From the NCBI GenBank assembly GCA_963730185.1, contig CAVSQW010000008.1:1-64000 (forward strand): a stretch of 64,000 nt of DNA, in the 5' to 3' direction. Numbering within the stretch: the stretch's first letter is position 1; every line of letters starts with the position of its first letter. Shown here in pieces: positions 1 through 10,543 of this stretch. The notes under the pieces are model-generated. The model did not search any database. It was not told where the DNA came from and was given only the letters and a program-made list of their open reading frames with translations. Source of the stretch: an uncultured Gemmatimonadales bacterium. GTDB lineage: Bacteria; Gemmatimonadota; Gemmatimonadetes; Gemmatimonadales; GWC2-71-9. Made by a program: the position numbers and the translations under genes.

Positions 1-638
1 GCCTTACGAACCGCGCCAACACGCTCGCCGGCCATGCGGGTGACGTAGTTGTACGGCTTGCGGTTGGTGGCAGCCATATGGGGCGACATCTTAATCGCCG
101 TGTAGCCGTACTTTTCGACCAACGCCTTGGCGCTTTCGGCCACTTGTTGCGGTTCGTTCCCGCCGGCGCTCTGGTAGACGCGAATCTTGTCGCGGACCTT
201 CCCTCCGAGCAGCATATAGACGGGAAGCCCCACCGCTTTGCCGGCGATATCCCACAGTGCATGCTCTATGCCGCTGATTGCGGAGTTCACCACGACTCCG
301 CCGGGAAACCGGGTGAAGTTGTACATCGTCGCCCAGAGGTGCTCGATATTGCGGGGATCTTGTCCCACCAGCCACGACTTGAAGTCTTCGATGACTTTGA
401 CCGTGGCCTCATCGGGCCCGCAGGAATATGCCTCGCCGATGCCGTGGATCCCCCGATCGGTCTCCACCTTGACGATCACCCAGTTCCGGCCTCCGGGCTG
501 GTTCGGACTGACCGCTACCGTGCGGACGAGGAACGTCTTGATGTCAGTGATCTTCATATTGGGCTGGTTACCGATTTGCGCCGGCATGGGCATCAGCGGC
601 GCAGCCGCGGCGCCGCGCAGGAACGACCGTCTTTCCAT
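1..638 (-). CDS. Mandelate racemase/muconate lactonizing (enolase superfamily) acid-sugar dehydratase, DgoD-like, with twin-arginine N-terminus; runs off the left edge
   Basis: Not in the ORF track because it is open at the edge. Manual translation from ATG 638 (GGAG RBS upstream): MERRSFLRGAAAAP...MKITDIKTF...NWVIVKVETDRGIHGIGEA...NSAISGIEHALWDIAGKAVGLPVYMLLGG, the MR/MLE N-terminal signature. Confidence 0.88.
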   Translation of the reverse strand, partial: MERRSFLRGAAAAPLMPMPAQIGNQPNMKITDIKTFLVRTVAVSPNQPGGRNWVIVKVETDRGIHGIGEAYSCGPDEATVKVIEDFKSWLVGQDPRNIEHLWATMYNFTRFPGGVVVNSAISGIEHALWDIAGKAVGLPVYMLLGGKVRDKIRVYQSAGGNEPQQVAESAKALVEKYGYTAIKMSPHMAATNRKPYNYVTRMAGERVGAVRK

Positions 639-742
639 GGAGTGTTCTCCTTTCGCTCTGTCTTAGAGACTATAACCTTTCAGCCGGGCAAGGCAGTTCG
701 CTCTGTGTGATATCGTCGTTATTCATCCGCGGAACTCCGAAC

Positions 743-2017
743 ATGACAAAGTCGAACGCACACGTCGAACCCCCGACGGAACCGGCGCGTAGCAGCAAGC
801 GCTGGCCGGTCGTCGCGCTGCTCAGCTTCGGAATGATCATCGCGTACTTCGACCGGGTTAACCTTACGGTAGCTCTCCCTTCGATGGCGAAGGAGTTCGA
901 CTGGTCGAAGACGCAGCAGGGTGTGGCGATGTCGGCTATCTTCTGGAGCTACACCGCGCTTCAGATCCCGTCGGGTATTCTGGTTGACCGCTATGGCGTG
1001 CGAATGCTGTACTTCGTAGGGTTCCTGATATGGAGCCTGGCCTCGGCTTCCACGGCGCTCATCACCGGTTTGGCCGGCCTCATCGCGATGCGCCTGATCG
1101 TCGGCATGGGCGAATCCGTCGTCACGCCCGCCAGCATGCGCTATATCCGGTTGCACTTCGACGAGCGGCAGCGTGGCCTGGCCGTCGGCCTCTATATGAC
1201 CGGCACCAAACTCGGCCCGGCCTTGGGCTTTCCGGTGTGCGCCTATCTGGTATCGGACCACGGCTGGCGATCGATGTTTCTTCTGATCGGAGTGGTGAGC
1301 ATGCTGTGGCTTGTGCCCTGGATGAGTTGGGTCAGGAAAGATGACGTCGCGGCCATCTCGAAGCGCCAACAGGGCGCAACCGCCGCGGCCCATTTGAAGA
1401 GTGTGCCGGTCGGGCGGATCCTCAAGAGCCCTGTGATCTGGGGCGTCATCATCGGCACGTACTGCTACATGTATTTCGTCTACTACTGCATGACGTGGAT
1501 GCCCATTTACTTCAAGGAGCGCCACGGCATGTCCATCACCGAAATGGGCTGGTACGGCGGCGTGGCCTTCGCAGGCATGGCGATCGTGGCGGCGCTATCC
1601 GGGGCGGCCGCCGACTGGCTGATCCGGCGCGGAAACGATCCGATTAACGTGCGCAAAGGTTTCACCATCGCCGGCTTCCTGCTGGCGTCGACGCAGACGA
1701 TCGCGGCCTATACCGATTCGGTCAACATCATGCTCTTCTTTGCCGTGTTCTCCCTGTGCGGTCTCGGACTGGCCACGGCGAACTACTGGGCGCTGACGCA
1801 GACGTTGATCCCCGGAGGCAGCATCGCGATGGTGGTCGGCATCCAGAATACGGCCGCGAATCTGGCTGGCATTGTCGCTCCGGCGCTGACCGGCTGGATG
1901 ATCGAACAGACGGGTAGCTTCGACGCGCCAATCAAAGGTATCGGGTTGTGGATCGCGCTGGGCGTCGCCGCCTACATGGTGCTGGTACGCCGCAAGTACG
2001 CTCCGGCAGTCGACTAG
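743..2017 (+). CDS. MFS transporter, ACS (D-galactonate/hexuronate-like) family
   Basis: YFDRVNLTVA, G.LVDRYGVR motif A, about 12 hydrophobic segments; next to dehydratase and aldolases. Confidence 0.9.
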   Translation: MTKSNAHVEPPTEPARSSKRWPVVALLSFGMIIAYFDRVNLTVALPSMAKEFDWSKTQQGVAMSAIFWSYTALQIPSGILVDRYGVRMLYFVGFLIWSLASASTALITGLAGLIAMRLIVGMGESVVTPASMRYIRLHFDERQRGLAVGLYMTGTKLGPALGFPVCAYLVSDHGWRSMFLLIGVVSMLWLVPWMSWVRKDDVAAISKRQQGATAAAHLKSVPVGRILKSPVIWGVIIGTYCYMYFVYYCMTWMPIYFKERHGMSITEMGWYGGVAFAGMAIVAALSGAAADWLIRRGNDPINVRKGFTIAGFLLASTQTIAAYTDSVNIMLFFAVFSLCGLGLATANYWALTQTLIPGGSIAMVVGIQNTAANLAGIVAPALTGWMIEQTGSFDAPIKGIGLWIALGVAAYMVLVRRKYAPAVD

Positions 2018-2787
2018 GACCGCGCTTCCCGCTTCGCCGCCAGCGTCTGCCCCAGGGCGCGCGCGGCATTGTTGACCATTGCGCCGTCTGAACCTGACGC
2101 CAGGAACCGGAAACCGAGTTCGTAGTAGCGGTCGAAGTCCTCTGGCTTGGGCATCAGGATGCCTGTAGTTTTGCCGTGCTTCCTCGCGGCGGCGGCGGTC
2201 TTTTCCAGCGCGGCGTTGAAATCCGGGTGATCGAACTGCCCCAAAACGCCGAGGCTAGTCGAAAGATCGAGCGGCCCGATGAAAAGCACATCGGCGCCAT
2301 CGACGGCGGCGATCTCCTCCACGTGATTGATCGCCTCGACCGTCTCGACCTGCACCACGCCCAGCAACATGTCCCGGTGCTGGTCCACGTAGTTCCGAAA
2401 GGTCATGCCGAAGCCCGCAGCCCGGTTCATCGAGGCGACCCCGCGCACTCCGTGAGGCGGGTAGCGCAAGGCGGCGATGCATTCCTGAGCTTCAGCTCCC
2501 GTGTTGACGCGAGGAAACATGATGCCGTGCGCGCCGAGATCCAACACTCGATGCGACCTTTGCCGGGCGTGACCCTCTACGCGGACCACCGAACGCGTGC
2601 CACTATACTCCAAGGCCTGGAGCTGGGAAAGAACATTGGCCTCGGTTCCGGAGCCATGCTCGAGGTCGATAACAACAAAATCAAATCCAGCCTGGCCGAC
2701 CATTTCCGCTGTTAGCGCGGAGCCGAGATTGAGAAAACAGCCGATGAGAGTCTCGCCGTTTCTGAGGCGCTGGGGCATGTGGGTCAC
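2014..2787 (-). CDS. HpcH/HpaI aldolase family (2-keto-3-deoxy sugar acid aldolase)
   Basis: GFDFVVIDLEHG, VLDLGAHGIMFP, VQVET, DVLFIGPLDLS; AAGGAG RBS before GTG 2787. Confidence 0.9.
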   Translation of the reverse strand: MTHMPQRLRNGETLIGCFLNLGSALTAEMVGQAGFDFVVIDLEHGSGTEANVLSQLQALEYSGTRSVVRVEGHARQRSHRVLDLGAHGIMFPRVNTGAEAQECIAALRYPPHGVRGVASMNRAAGFGMTFRNYVDQHRDMLLGVVQVETVEAINHVEEIAAVDGADVLFIGPLDLSTSLGVLGQFDHPDFNAALEKTAAAARKHGKTTGILMPKPEDFDRYYELGFRFLASGSDGAMVNNAARALGQTLAAKREARS

Positions 2788-2832
2788 AGGTAAGTCTCCT
2801 TTTGTGGTGCGAAGCCAACAGGATACTATAAG

Positions 2833-2872
2833 TCTGGAAAAGGGGACGGTAACAAATTTCCCCTTTTCCAGA
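2833..2872. repeat. REP-like hairpin, copy 1 (left flank of Y1 transposase)
   Basis: TCTGGAAAAGGGGA-CGGTAACAAATT-TCCCCTTTTCCAGA: perfect 14-bp stem, 12-nt loop. Confidence 0.9.
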
Positions 2873-2910
2873 TGAGAGGATTTGGCACGGCCAGACACTT
2901 GATCTGAGAA

Positions 2911-3606
2911 ATGCCCAGACAAGCACGAGTGGTGGCGGTTGGCGTGCCCCACCACGTGACGCAGCGTGGAAGCCGCCGTCAGCAAATCTTCTTTTCGAGC
3001 CGAGACCGTCGGGTCTATCTCGAGTTGCTTTCCGAGTATGCCGAGCGCTACCATCTCCGGGTCCGAGGCTACTGCCTAATGACGAACCACATCCACGTGA
3101 TCGCCGTGCCTGACAACCAGTCGGCTCTGGCGCGGGTATTCGGCCGCGCGCACGCCGACTACGCCCGTTACTGCAACGTCGCCCAGCGCGAAACCGGGCA
3201 TTTTTGGCAAGCCCGCTATTACTCGTGCCCGCTAGGCGAACCCCACCAGTGGGAGGCGTTGGCCTATGTGGAACGAAATCCGGTGCGCGCCGGGATCGTC
3301 GCCGCAGCGTGGGAATGGGAATGGTCGAGCGCGGCGGCTCACTGCGACGCCAACGATGCAGCGGACGTCCTCGATATGGAAGGTTGGGAGCAGGCATACG
3401 GTCCCCGCCGGTGGCGAAAGGTCCTGGAGTCGAGCGTCGGCGAAGAAGCGCTGGCGGAACGCCTCCGCGAGGCTACACGGCGAGGTGTGCCATATGGCGG
3501 TCATGCGCTTCGCCGTGAACTGGAAGAGAGAACGGGCCGCTGTTTGCAAAGCCGGTCCCCCGGAAGACCCAAGAAACAAATCGCCGGAGCGACCGCACAC
3601 TCATAG
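2911..3606 (+). mobile_element. REP-associated tyrosine transposase (RAYT / TnpA Y1, HUH endonuclease, IS200-like fold)
   Basis: MPRQAR...PHHVTQRG, YCLMTNHIH (HUH), GHFWQARY, YVERNPVRAG, WEWSSA; flanked by inverted hairpin repeats. Confidence 0.92.
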
Positions 3607-3610
3607 CCCA

Positions 3611-3644
3611 AGAAAAGGGGAAATTTGTTACCGTCCCCTTTTCT
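3611..3644. repeat. REP-like hairpin, copy 2 (right flank, inverted relative to copy 1)
   Basis: AGAAAAGGGGA-AATTTGTTACCG-TCCCCTTTTCT; the loop is the exact reverse complement of the copy 1 loop; abuts the stop codon of the second aldolase. Confidence 0.9.
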
Positions 3645-4458
3645 AGAAGGGGAGGCTGTCGGCGGTTTGGGCGGTTTCGTCGCCTAGGGCTTGTTTGAGT
3701 TGATGGAGGGCGGTCTTCAGAGCCCGTTGGAATAGCAGCAGGTCGGCTGAGTGCAGGATTAAATTCGCTCCGAGTTTGGCCCATTCCACTTGCTGCGGGA
3801 TGCCATCCCAGATCACGTGGACGCCCATGCTGACGCCGCGGGCTACGCACTTTTCAATGATCTGTCGTATTGCCGCTTCGAACTTCGGATGCTTGTATTG
3901 TTCGGGAATGCCAAGGCTGCACGTGAGGTCGTGCGGGCCCACCACAACCGCGTCGACGCCGCCTGTAGACAAAATCTCATCGAGCGCCTCAAGAGCCGGC
4001 GTGCTCTCGATGTTGACCAACAGAGACAGCGCCTCGTTGCGCGTGCGCAAATACGACGCGAGCTCGTCTTCCAGTTCGGTGGGGTTTGCCAGCGCCTGTT
4101 CCAACCGTCGCCCCTTCAGCGGTCGGCACTTCACCGCACCCATCAGCCGCACCACCTGCTCCGGGGTTTCAATGTATGGAGCTAAAAGTCCCTGTGCCCC
4201 GCCATCCAGGACCATGGTCGCCAGGTACGGGTCCGGCGATGGGATCCGAACCACAGGCGCCAAATTGAGCGCGCGGTATGTCCGGCACATCCATGCGAGC
4301 GTGGTGCGCTCGATGGCTGCGTGCTCGGTATCGAGGAAGATGAAGTCCAATCCCAGGCCGGGAAGAATCGCCGGCCAGTGCGGCGACGTTGACAGTTGCG
4401 CCGTGCCGTAGACCCGCTGCCGGGATCGGAGAGCCGTGGCAAACTCTAGACCATTCAT
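3643..4458 (-). CDS. HpcH/HpaI aldolase family protein (second paralog)
   Basis: LDFIFLDTEH, VLDGGAQG, VNIES, VVVGPHDLTCSLG. Confidence 0.88.
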   Translation of the reverse strand: MNGLEFATALRSRQRVYGTAQLSTSPHWPAILPGLGLDFIFLDTEHAAIERTTLAWMCRTYRALNLAPVVRIPSPDPYLATMVLDGGAQGLLAPYIETPEQVVRLMGAVKCRPLKGRRLEQALANPTELEDELASYLRTRNEALSLLVNIESTPALEALDEILSTGGVDAVVVGPHDLTCSLGIPEQYKHPKFEAAIRQIIEKCVARGVSMGVHVIWDGIPQQVEWAKLGANLILHSADLLLFQRALKTALHQLKQALGDETAQTADSLPF

Positions 4459-4604
4459 AGACTTGAACCTGAATTCGTTTGACTATACCACCAAGACCCG
4501 CGCCGCCGGAATTGGCTATCGAATTGCAACTAGGAGCTCAACGACGCCCAAACAGGCCACTAGAGGCCGTCTCTAGAGAGGAATTTCCCCCAACTGGGGG
4601 GCAT

Positions 4605-5090
4605 ATGCCACTTGTTCATGTCCTAATAGGGCATCCCTTCACCCAGGGGATGCCGGAAACGCTTGTGAAGAAGTTGGCCTCTCTGGCGAAACACGTCGAA
4701 TTCGAAGAGGACGAGATCGTGTTCCGCGCGGGCGAGCGTTCGATGAACTTTTGCCTGCTGCTCTGCGGCAGTGCGTGCGTCGAAATTCGAACGCCCTACT
4801 ACGCCATCTGCGTCCAGACGCTTGCGCCGGGAGACGCCTTCGGGTGGTCGAGCCTGCTCGAAGAGCACCACACGGTCTTTCAAGTGCGCGCCAGGGAGGT
4901 GTCGAGCGCTTTGTTCCTGGACGGCCAAAAGTTGATGGAGGCTTGCGCCAGAGATCCGAAGCTGGGCTCGGAAGTCTTTGAGAGGTTGGCCCGGGTCATG
5001 GCCAGGCGTGTTAAGGCTACGGAACTCCGGCTCGCCGAATTCTGCGGATCGGCAGCCAAACAATCCGCCGCTGGCCTGGCTCCGGAATGA
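4605..5090 (+). CDS. Stand-alone cyclic nucleotide-binding (Crp-type cNMP) domain protein
   Basis: [12 protein letters not shown]...[12 protein letters not shown]...VRARE; no C-terminal HTH visible. Confidence 0.75.
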   Translation: MPLVHVLIGHPFTQGMPETLVKKLASLAKHVEFEEDEIVFRAGERSMNFCLLLCGSACVEIRTPYYAICVQTLAPGDAFGWSSLLEEHHTVFQVRAREVSSALFLDGQKLMEACARDPKLGSEVFERLARVMARRVKATELRLAEFCGSAAKQSAAGLAPE

Positions 5091-5130
5091 TCTCGCCTTC
5101 ACTGGCCGCAATGTAGTAAAACGGTCAGCT

Positions 5131-7259
5131 ATGAGATTACTGAGGGGATATCCGTGGCTGGCGGCGATTTCGTTTGCCGGCGGCTGCTCAATGGGCGGCG
5201 CTGACCACGTTGCTGGATCGCGGTACGGTGGATGGGAAGTATACGGTGGGGGCGCCGATAGCATTCGCTATTCCGCGCTCAATCAGATCAATCGCGACAA
5301 CGTCAAGCAACTGGAACGCGCTTGGGAATACGACACCGGCGATGCGTTTGACAGCTCGGAGATGCAGTGTAATCCGATCGTCGTGGACGGCCTTCTCTAT
5401 GCCACCTCTCCCAAACTCCGCGTGTTCGCGCTAGCCGCGGCCACGGGGAAGGAGGTCTGGAGCTTTGACCCGCACGGCGGCGCGCCCGTCACCGGAAAAG
5501 TGCGCAGCCGCGGCCTCACCTATTGGGCGGACGGCGACGACCGGCGAATATTCGTGGCTGCCGGTTATTGGTTGCACGCTCTTGATGCCCGCACCGGAAA
5601 GCCTGTAGAGGGATTCGGGAAAGCGGGCCGCATCGACTTGCGCGAGGGTTTGGGCCGCGATCCGGAAACCGTGAGCGTCGGAGCGAGCACGCCCGGCATC
5701 GTCTACAAGGATCTGCTGATTCTCGGCAGCATCGTCAGCGAGGCCCTGCCGGCCGCCCCAGGCGACATCCGGGCCTTCGACGCCCGAACCGGGGCGCTTC
5801 GCTGGAGCTTCCATACCATCCCGCATCCCGGCGAGTATGGCTACGAAACGTGGCCCGAAGATGCCTGGAAGTACATCGGCGGCGCCAACAACTGGTCCGG
5901 CATGAGCCTCGACATGGAGCGCGGCATCGTCTTCGCCGGCACCGGTTCGGCGGCGTTCGATTTCTACGGCGCCAACCGCACGGGCGACAACCTCTTCGCC
6001 AATACCTTGCTCGCCCTGAACGCGGAAACCGGCGAGCGCATCTGGCATTTCCAGCTTGTCAAGCACGACGTCTGGGACCGCGATTTTCCCGCCCCGCCCA
6101 ATCTGGTGACAATCGAGCGCGGCGGCAAGAAAATTGACGCCGTGGCGCAGGTGACGAAATCGGGCTGGATTCTGGTCTTCGATCGCGAGACCGGCGAGCC
6201 GCTCTTTCCGATTGAATACCGGGACGTCCCGGCATCCGATGTCGAGGGGGAAGTGCTCGCGCGGCGGCAGCCCTTCGTGACCAAACCCGCGCCGTATGCC
6301 CGGCAGGAATTGACCGAAGCGATGCTGACCAAGCGCACCCCGGAGGCCCACCGATCCGTGCTCGAACGCTTCCGCAAGGTTCGGAGCGGGCCGCAGTTCA
6401 CGCCGCCGGGCCTCGAAGGCGCCGTCGTTTTCCCGGGCTTCGACGGGGGTGGCGAATGGGGCGGCCAGGCCTTCGACCCCGAGACCGGGCTGTACTACGT
6501 GAACTCCAACGAGATGGCCGTGGATCCTGCGCCTCGTCGAGCCGGGGAGGAACCTGAAAGGCAGCGCCAGCCTCTACAGCAAGAACTGCGCGACGTGCCA
6601 CAAGGCCGACATGCGCGGCACTCCGCCGGAATTTCCGTCGCTTGTCGGGCGTCTCGAAGCGTCTCACGGACGCGCAGATCGGCGAGGTCATCCGGCATGG
6701 CCGCGGCCGGATGCCCGCCTTTCGGGCACTTGGGCGCGGCCGAGTCAAGGCCCTTGTCGAGTTTCGTCAAGACCGGCGTCAGCGCCGGCGCCTCCACCGC
6801 GGCGAGCCCTCGCCAATCGATCAGAAGTACACACACGACGGCTACAACAAGTTCCTCGATCCGGACGGCTACCCGGCGATCGAGCCGCCCTGGGGCACCC
6901 TCAACGCCGATCGATCTCAACACCGGCGAGTACGCCTGGAAGATCCCCTTCGGCGAGTTTCCGGAACTCGTCGAGCAGGGAGTTGCAGAACACCGGCAGC
7001 GAGAACTACGGCGGACCGGTGGTGACCGCGGGCGGCCTGCTGTTCATCGGCGCGACGAACCACGACCGAAAGTTCCGCGCGTTCGACAAAGCTCACCGGG
7101 AGAACTGCTGTGGGAGACGACGCTGCCCGCCGCCGGCAACGCGACGCCGGCCGTCTACGAGGTGAACGGCCGGCAGTACGTCGTGATCGCGCGCCGGCGG
7201 CGGCAAGTCCGGCGCGCCCTCGGGCGGCAAGCTACGTGGCCTTCGCACTGCCGCGATAG
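5131..7259 (+). CDS. PQQ-dependent (quinoprotein glucose-type) dehydrogenase with internal cytochrome c domain; several frameshifts after ~6520
   Basis: [53 protein letters not shown] heme motif in a shifted frame (~6587); C-terminal [21 protein letters not shown] and YVAFALPR* (TAG 7257-7259). Confidence 0.88.
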
Positions 7260-7530
7260 CGTGGCGCAGCCGGCTATTCCGTACATCGGCTTCAGCGATA
7301 TGAAGCTCTCTGCCGACGCTGATCCGTGATTAGCGCGTCTGACGGCCGGATTGGGAGCGGCCAGACTAGCATGTGAGAGCGGGCTGGCGGCCGTTTGGCG
7401 GGACCGTCCACTCCTCCGGCCGTCTCCGCGAAGGGCACACCCGCTCTCAATCAAGACATCGGCATTTTGCCGCCGCGGCTTCAGGGCGATAGAATGACGG
7501 CAAAGGGATCGTCACACTGGAGGGATACCG

Positions 7531-8113
7531 ATGAAAATGACTGGGAAGCTATCGCTGTCTTCTTTACTTCTCTCGGGACTGGCCGCCGCCAGCGAAACGC
7601 CGAGTACGGCCGATCAGATCAGGTCCGCCGTCCTGGCCGCGCCCGAGAGCTTCTTTGACAGGTCCGCTGTTCTTGGCTACAACCCGGAGGGTAAGCTTGT
7701 CACTCTGCGCGAAGGAAACAACGACTTGATCTGCCTGGCCGACGACCCGCGAAGAATAAAGTTCAGCGCCGCGTGCTATCAGCGCGATCTTGAGCCATAC
7801 ATGGCCCGGGGCAGGGAACTGGCCAGTCAAGGCGTTGCCGGCGAGCAAAGCCACGACATCCGCTCGGAAAGAGATCGAGGACGGGAAACTCGCCATGCCA
7901 CGCGAGCCTCGTACCCTGTACGTGCTGAGCGGAAGCGAATACGACAGCGCCACCGGGAAGGTCGCCGGCGCGTACCTGCGTTGGGTCATCTACACGCCCT
8001 TCGCGACTCCGGAGTCCACCGGCCTCTCCACCAAAGCGGCCCCGGGAGCCCCTTGGCTGATGTTTCCCGGTACGGCCGGCGCTCACATCATGATCAACCC
8101 GCCCCGGAATTAG
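7531..8113 (+). CDS. Secreted hypothetical protein, one frameshift at ~7870
   Basis: GGAGG RBS and signal peptide; ORFs 7531-8157 and 7790-8113 join into one product ending PWLMFPGTAGAHIMINPPRN. Confidence 0.65.
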
Positions 8114-8153
8114 GCGGCTCCGTCAGCCGGGATATACAATACGACAGGACCTT

Positions 8154-8449
8154 ATGAGATGCCCTGAATGCAACACCCGGCTGATCAGTGAGGCCTTTTG
8201 GCAGGGCCGCTACGTGAACTGCACAACCTGCGGCGCCAAACTGGAACGGGGTATCTCCCAGATTGTCTGGTCGGTGGCCGCGGGGATTCTCGCCTGGTTC
8301 CTGGCGGACTGGCTGCTGGTCAAGGCCGGCGCCCCCATGGAGATTGAGATACCACTCGGGATTATCTCGCTCGCGGCAGCTACTGGGCCGTCCACGTCCG
8401 GACTTTGAAATTGAGACCGAAAGAGCCTGGCTCGCTCAAGCTCGACTAG
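8154..8449 (+). CDS. Small zinc-ribbon (CxxC...CxxC) membrane protein; probable frameshift near 8380
   Basis: MRCPECN...NCTTCGAKL followed by two hydrophobic helices; alternative frame ends LKLRPKEPGSLKLD*. Confidence 0.55.
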
Positions 8450-8457
8450 CGCCTTCC

Positions 8458-8775
8458 CTAGATCGTACTCTCAACGAATTGCAGGAGAATGATGGCGATC
8501 GCGCAGGTGATGCTGAACACCCCAATCAGATAGCGCCGCTGGCGAAGTAATCGCCGGGGCCGCCGTTCCGCGGGCGGCAATTTCTCCGAAGGCGCAATCA
8601 TATAAAGGCCGAATGTGATGAAATAATAGCGTCCGGCTTCGACCGAAGGCATTGATCCCGTTACCAGGCCGATGATGCCCAGAATTAGAATCATGAGCGC
8701 GGATAGCCGCAAGAGCGATTCGGACTGCTTCGGTTCAGCTTCAGAGTGTCGAGTCATGTCCAGCAACCCACTCAT
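8458..8775 (-). CDS. Hypothetical small membrane protein
   Basis: Three hydrophobic segments; fills the gap between neighbours; start uncertain. Confidence 0.45.
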   Translation of the reverse strand: MSGLLDMTRHSEAEPKQSESLLRLSALMILILGIIGLVTGSMPSVEAGRYYFITFGLYMIAPSEKLPPAERRPRRLLRQRRYLIGVFSITCAIAIILLQFVESTI

Positions 8776-8811
8776 CGGGCGATCTGAACAGCGACTTTAG
8801 ATTCCGCCGTC

Positions 8812-9161
8812 TTACTTGGGTAGTTTGCGAACGTACGCAATCACGGCGTCGATCTCCTCGTCCGAGAGATCTTTCCGATGGGGCGCCGCCGGCCGGTTCT
8901 TCAATTTGACCGGGTCCATTTGCCCTTTGCCGCCGGTGATGACTGTCTTCAACTCGGCGTTGGTCTTCATCTGAACGGGGTTCGATGTCAGCCGCGGAAC
9001 CTGCATTTTGAAGAATGCGTCCGCCGGTGGCGCTTCCGTTGCCATCGGCGCCGTGGGACTGCTCTGCAGGTGTTGTCAAAAACCTCTTTGCCGTCGGCCG
9101 CGCCAGCGTACCCCGGCGCGAGCAGGGCGAGCGACAGAATGGTAGCGTGAACGAGTCTCAA
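8812..9161 (-). CDS. Monoheme c-type cytochrome (frameshifts through the CxxCH region)
   Basis: AAGGAG RBS + TTG 9161; signal peptide, ADGKEVFDNTC..[C]HGADGNG, ITGGKGQM (axial Met), LSDEEIDAVIAYVRKL. Confidence 0.75.
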
Positions 9162-9328
9162 CTTGATCTCCTTAGTTCCAGAAGGGTCTCTACTTCCCAG
9201 TAGGGATAGGTCGATAGTCTCATGGGCGTGGGCTGTCAATTACCGAAGCGGGAAATTGGACGGATTAGCGAAAGATCCAACAGTCAAAGTTGCCGGGTTG
9301 GGCAGCACCCCGGCGGGGTGGTGACTAC

Positions 9329-9874
9329 TCAGCGGTACGTCTTGTCGTCCACGCGGCTCAGGTCGGTTTCATCGGCGAGCACCGCCATGGTGATGACAGC
9401 GAAGGTGAAGACATTTGTCCGGGTTCCAGGTGCCCACCCCAGGCCTTGTTCTCGTCAGCGAGCGTCAGGTGGGCATGCACCGTCCCGTTGATGATGTAGC
9501 CGTTGACGCTGACGACATCGGCGGGCGTGACGGGGTCCTCAACGAACATGTTCTTGGACGGAAAATCGCGGTTGCTCACCGCGTGGACGTGGTAGTTCCG
9601 CACCGAACCGATGCCGGAGAGGATCACTGCATTCTTGATACCCCGATCATTCACAGTTTTCTCAAGTCCCGCGAGCAGGTCCGACTGGTACTTGAAGCGA
9701 AGAACGAGAATCTGTTTGAGTTCCGCCGGTATCGCGTACACCTCTGGAACGTCGTCGCTGTTGGGCCTGGCGTCGGCCTCGGGGCTGGTGGATTTCGTAA
9801 TTTCGGTGCGTGTCTTCTGCGCCAGAGCGGACGTAGTTAAGAACGATGACGGCGGCTAGCAGTGCGAATCTCAT
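9329..9874 (-). CDS. PPC/DUF296 domain protein with N-terminal signal peptide (frameshifted)
   Basis: DLLAGLEK...NAVILSGIGSV...VHAHLTLAD...WGGHL; C-terminus VFTFAVITMAVL...KTYR* in an adjacent frame. Confidence 0.8.
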
Positions 9875-9899
9875 GCACCGATTCTAGCCGGTTCCGCAA

Positions 9900-10445
9900 C
9901 TAGTCCACCGGCTTGATGACGCCGCAGGCGGCGCGCGAGCCCCCGGCGCAGCCCTTCACCACGCCATCCGGACAGTATGTGTCGATATCGTCATGGATGA
10001 TGAAGGCGCTGCCATCGCCGTCGAAAACGCTCAGCGGTCCCGGCGAGAGAGTAATCCGGTTTGTCACGGCCTCCATGACGCCTTTCCCGTTCTTGACTTC
10101 GACATTGATCAGGTCGCCCATGTGGAACGGATGGTTGCCGTCTGGATTCGAATTGCTATTCGGACCCGGATCGAAGTGGCCCTTGGCGTCCCCGCAAGGC
10201 TGGCAGACCCCGGCTTCGTGAATATGGATCGCGTGCTTGCCGTCTTTCAGTCCCTCGACCTCGACGCGAATGGCGACCTCTTTGATGCCTTCGGGCGAGG
10301 CCTCTTCGACCAGCGTTGCCTTCCCGGTGACGTTTTCGCCGTCGCGACAGGCCCCAAGCGTGGCCTCGGCACGCTTCGTCTCCGCCGCGGTAAGCAGCAT
10401 AGCGCCGCACAATAATCCCAGCGTGATAGGTGTGAATCGTCTCAT
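9900..10445 (-). CDS. sodC: Cu/Zn superoxide dismutase, periplasmic
   Basis: GKHAIHIHE, GHFDP, HPFHMGDL, GSAFIIHD, GGSRAACGVI; signal peptide. Confidence 0.92.
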   Translation of the reverse strand: MRRFTPITLGLLCGAMLLTAAETKRAEATLGACRDGENVTGKATLVEEASPEGIKEVAIRVEVEGLKDGKHAIHIHEAGVCQPCGDAKGHFDPGPNSNSNPDGNHPFHMGDLINVEVKNGKGVMEAVTNRITLSPGPLSVFDGDGSAFIIHDDIDTYCPDGVVKGCAGGSRAACGVIKPVD

Positions 10446-10543
10446 CCAGTTTCCCTCCAAGCTCTGGATCTAGTGTACGATTCCGTGAAGAATCCCGCAA
10501 CTCCACCGCGGAACGCGGTCGACGGCCCTATCTTGCGAAACGC

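Noticed and set aside
78..710. 210-aa plus-strand ORF
   Set aside because: Antisense shadow of the minus-strand dehydratase, which has the recognisable motifs and RBS
2788..3054. N-terminal extension of the aldolase ORF (346 aa) across the REP into the transposase
   Set aside because: Strong RBS at GTG 2787; the extension translates the repeat (EKGKFVTVPF) and the antisense RAYT strand
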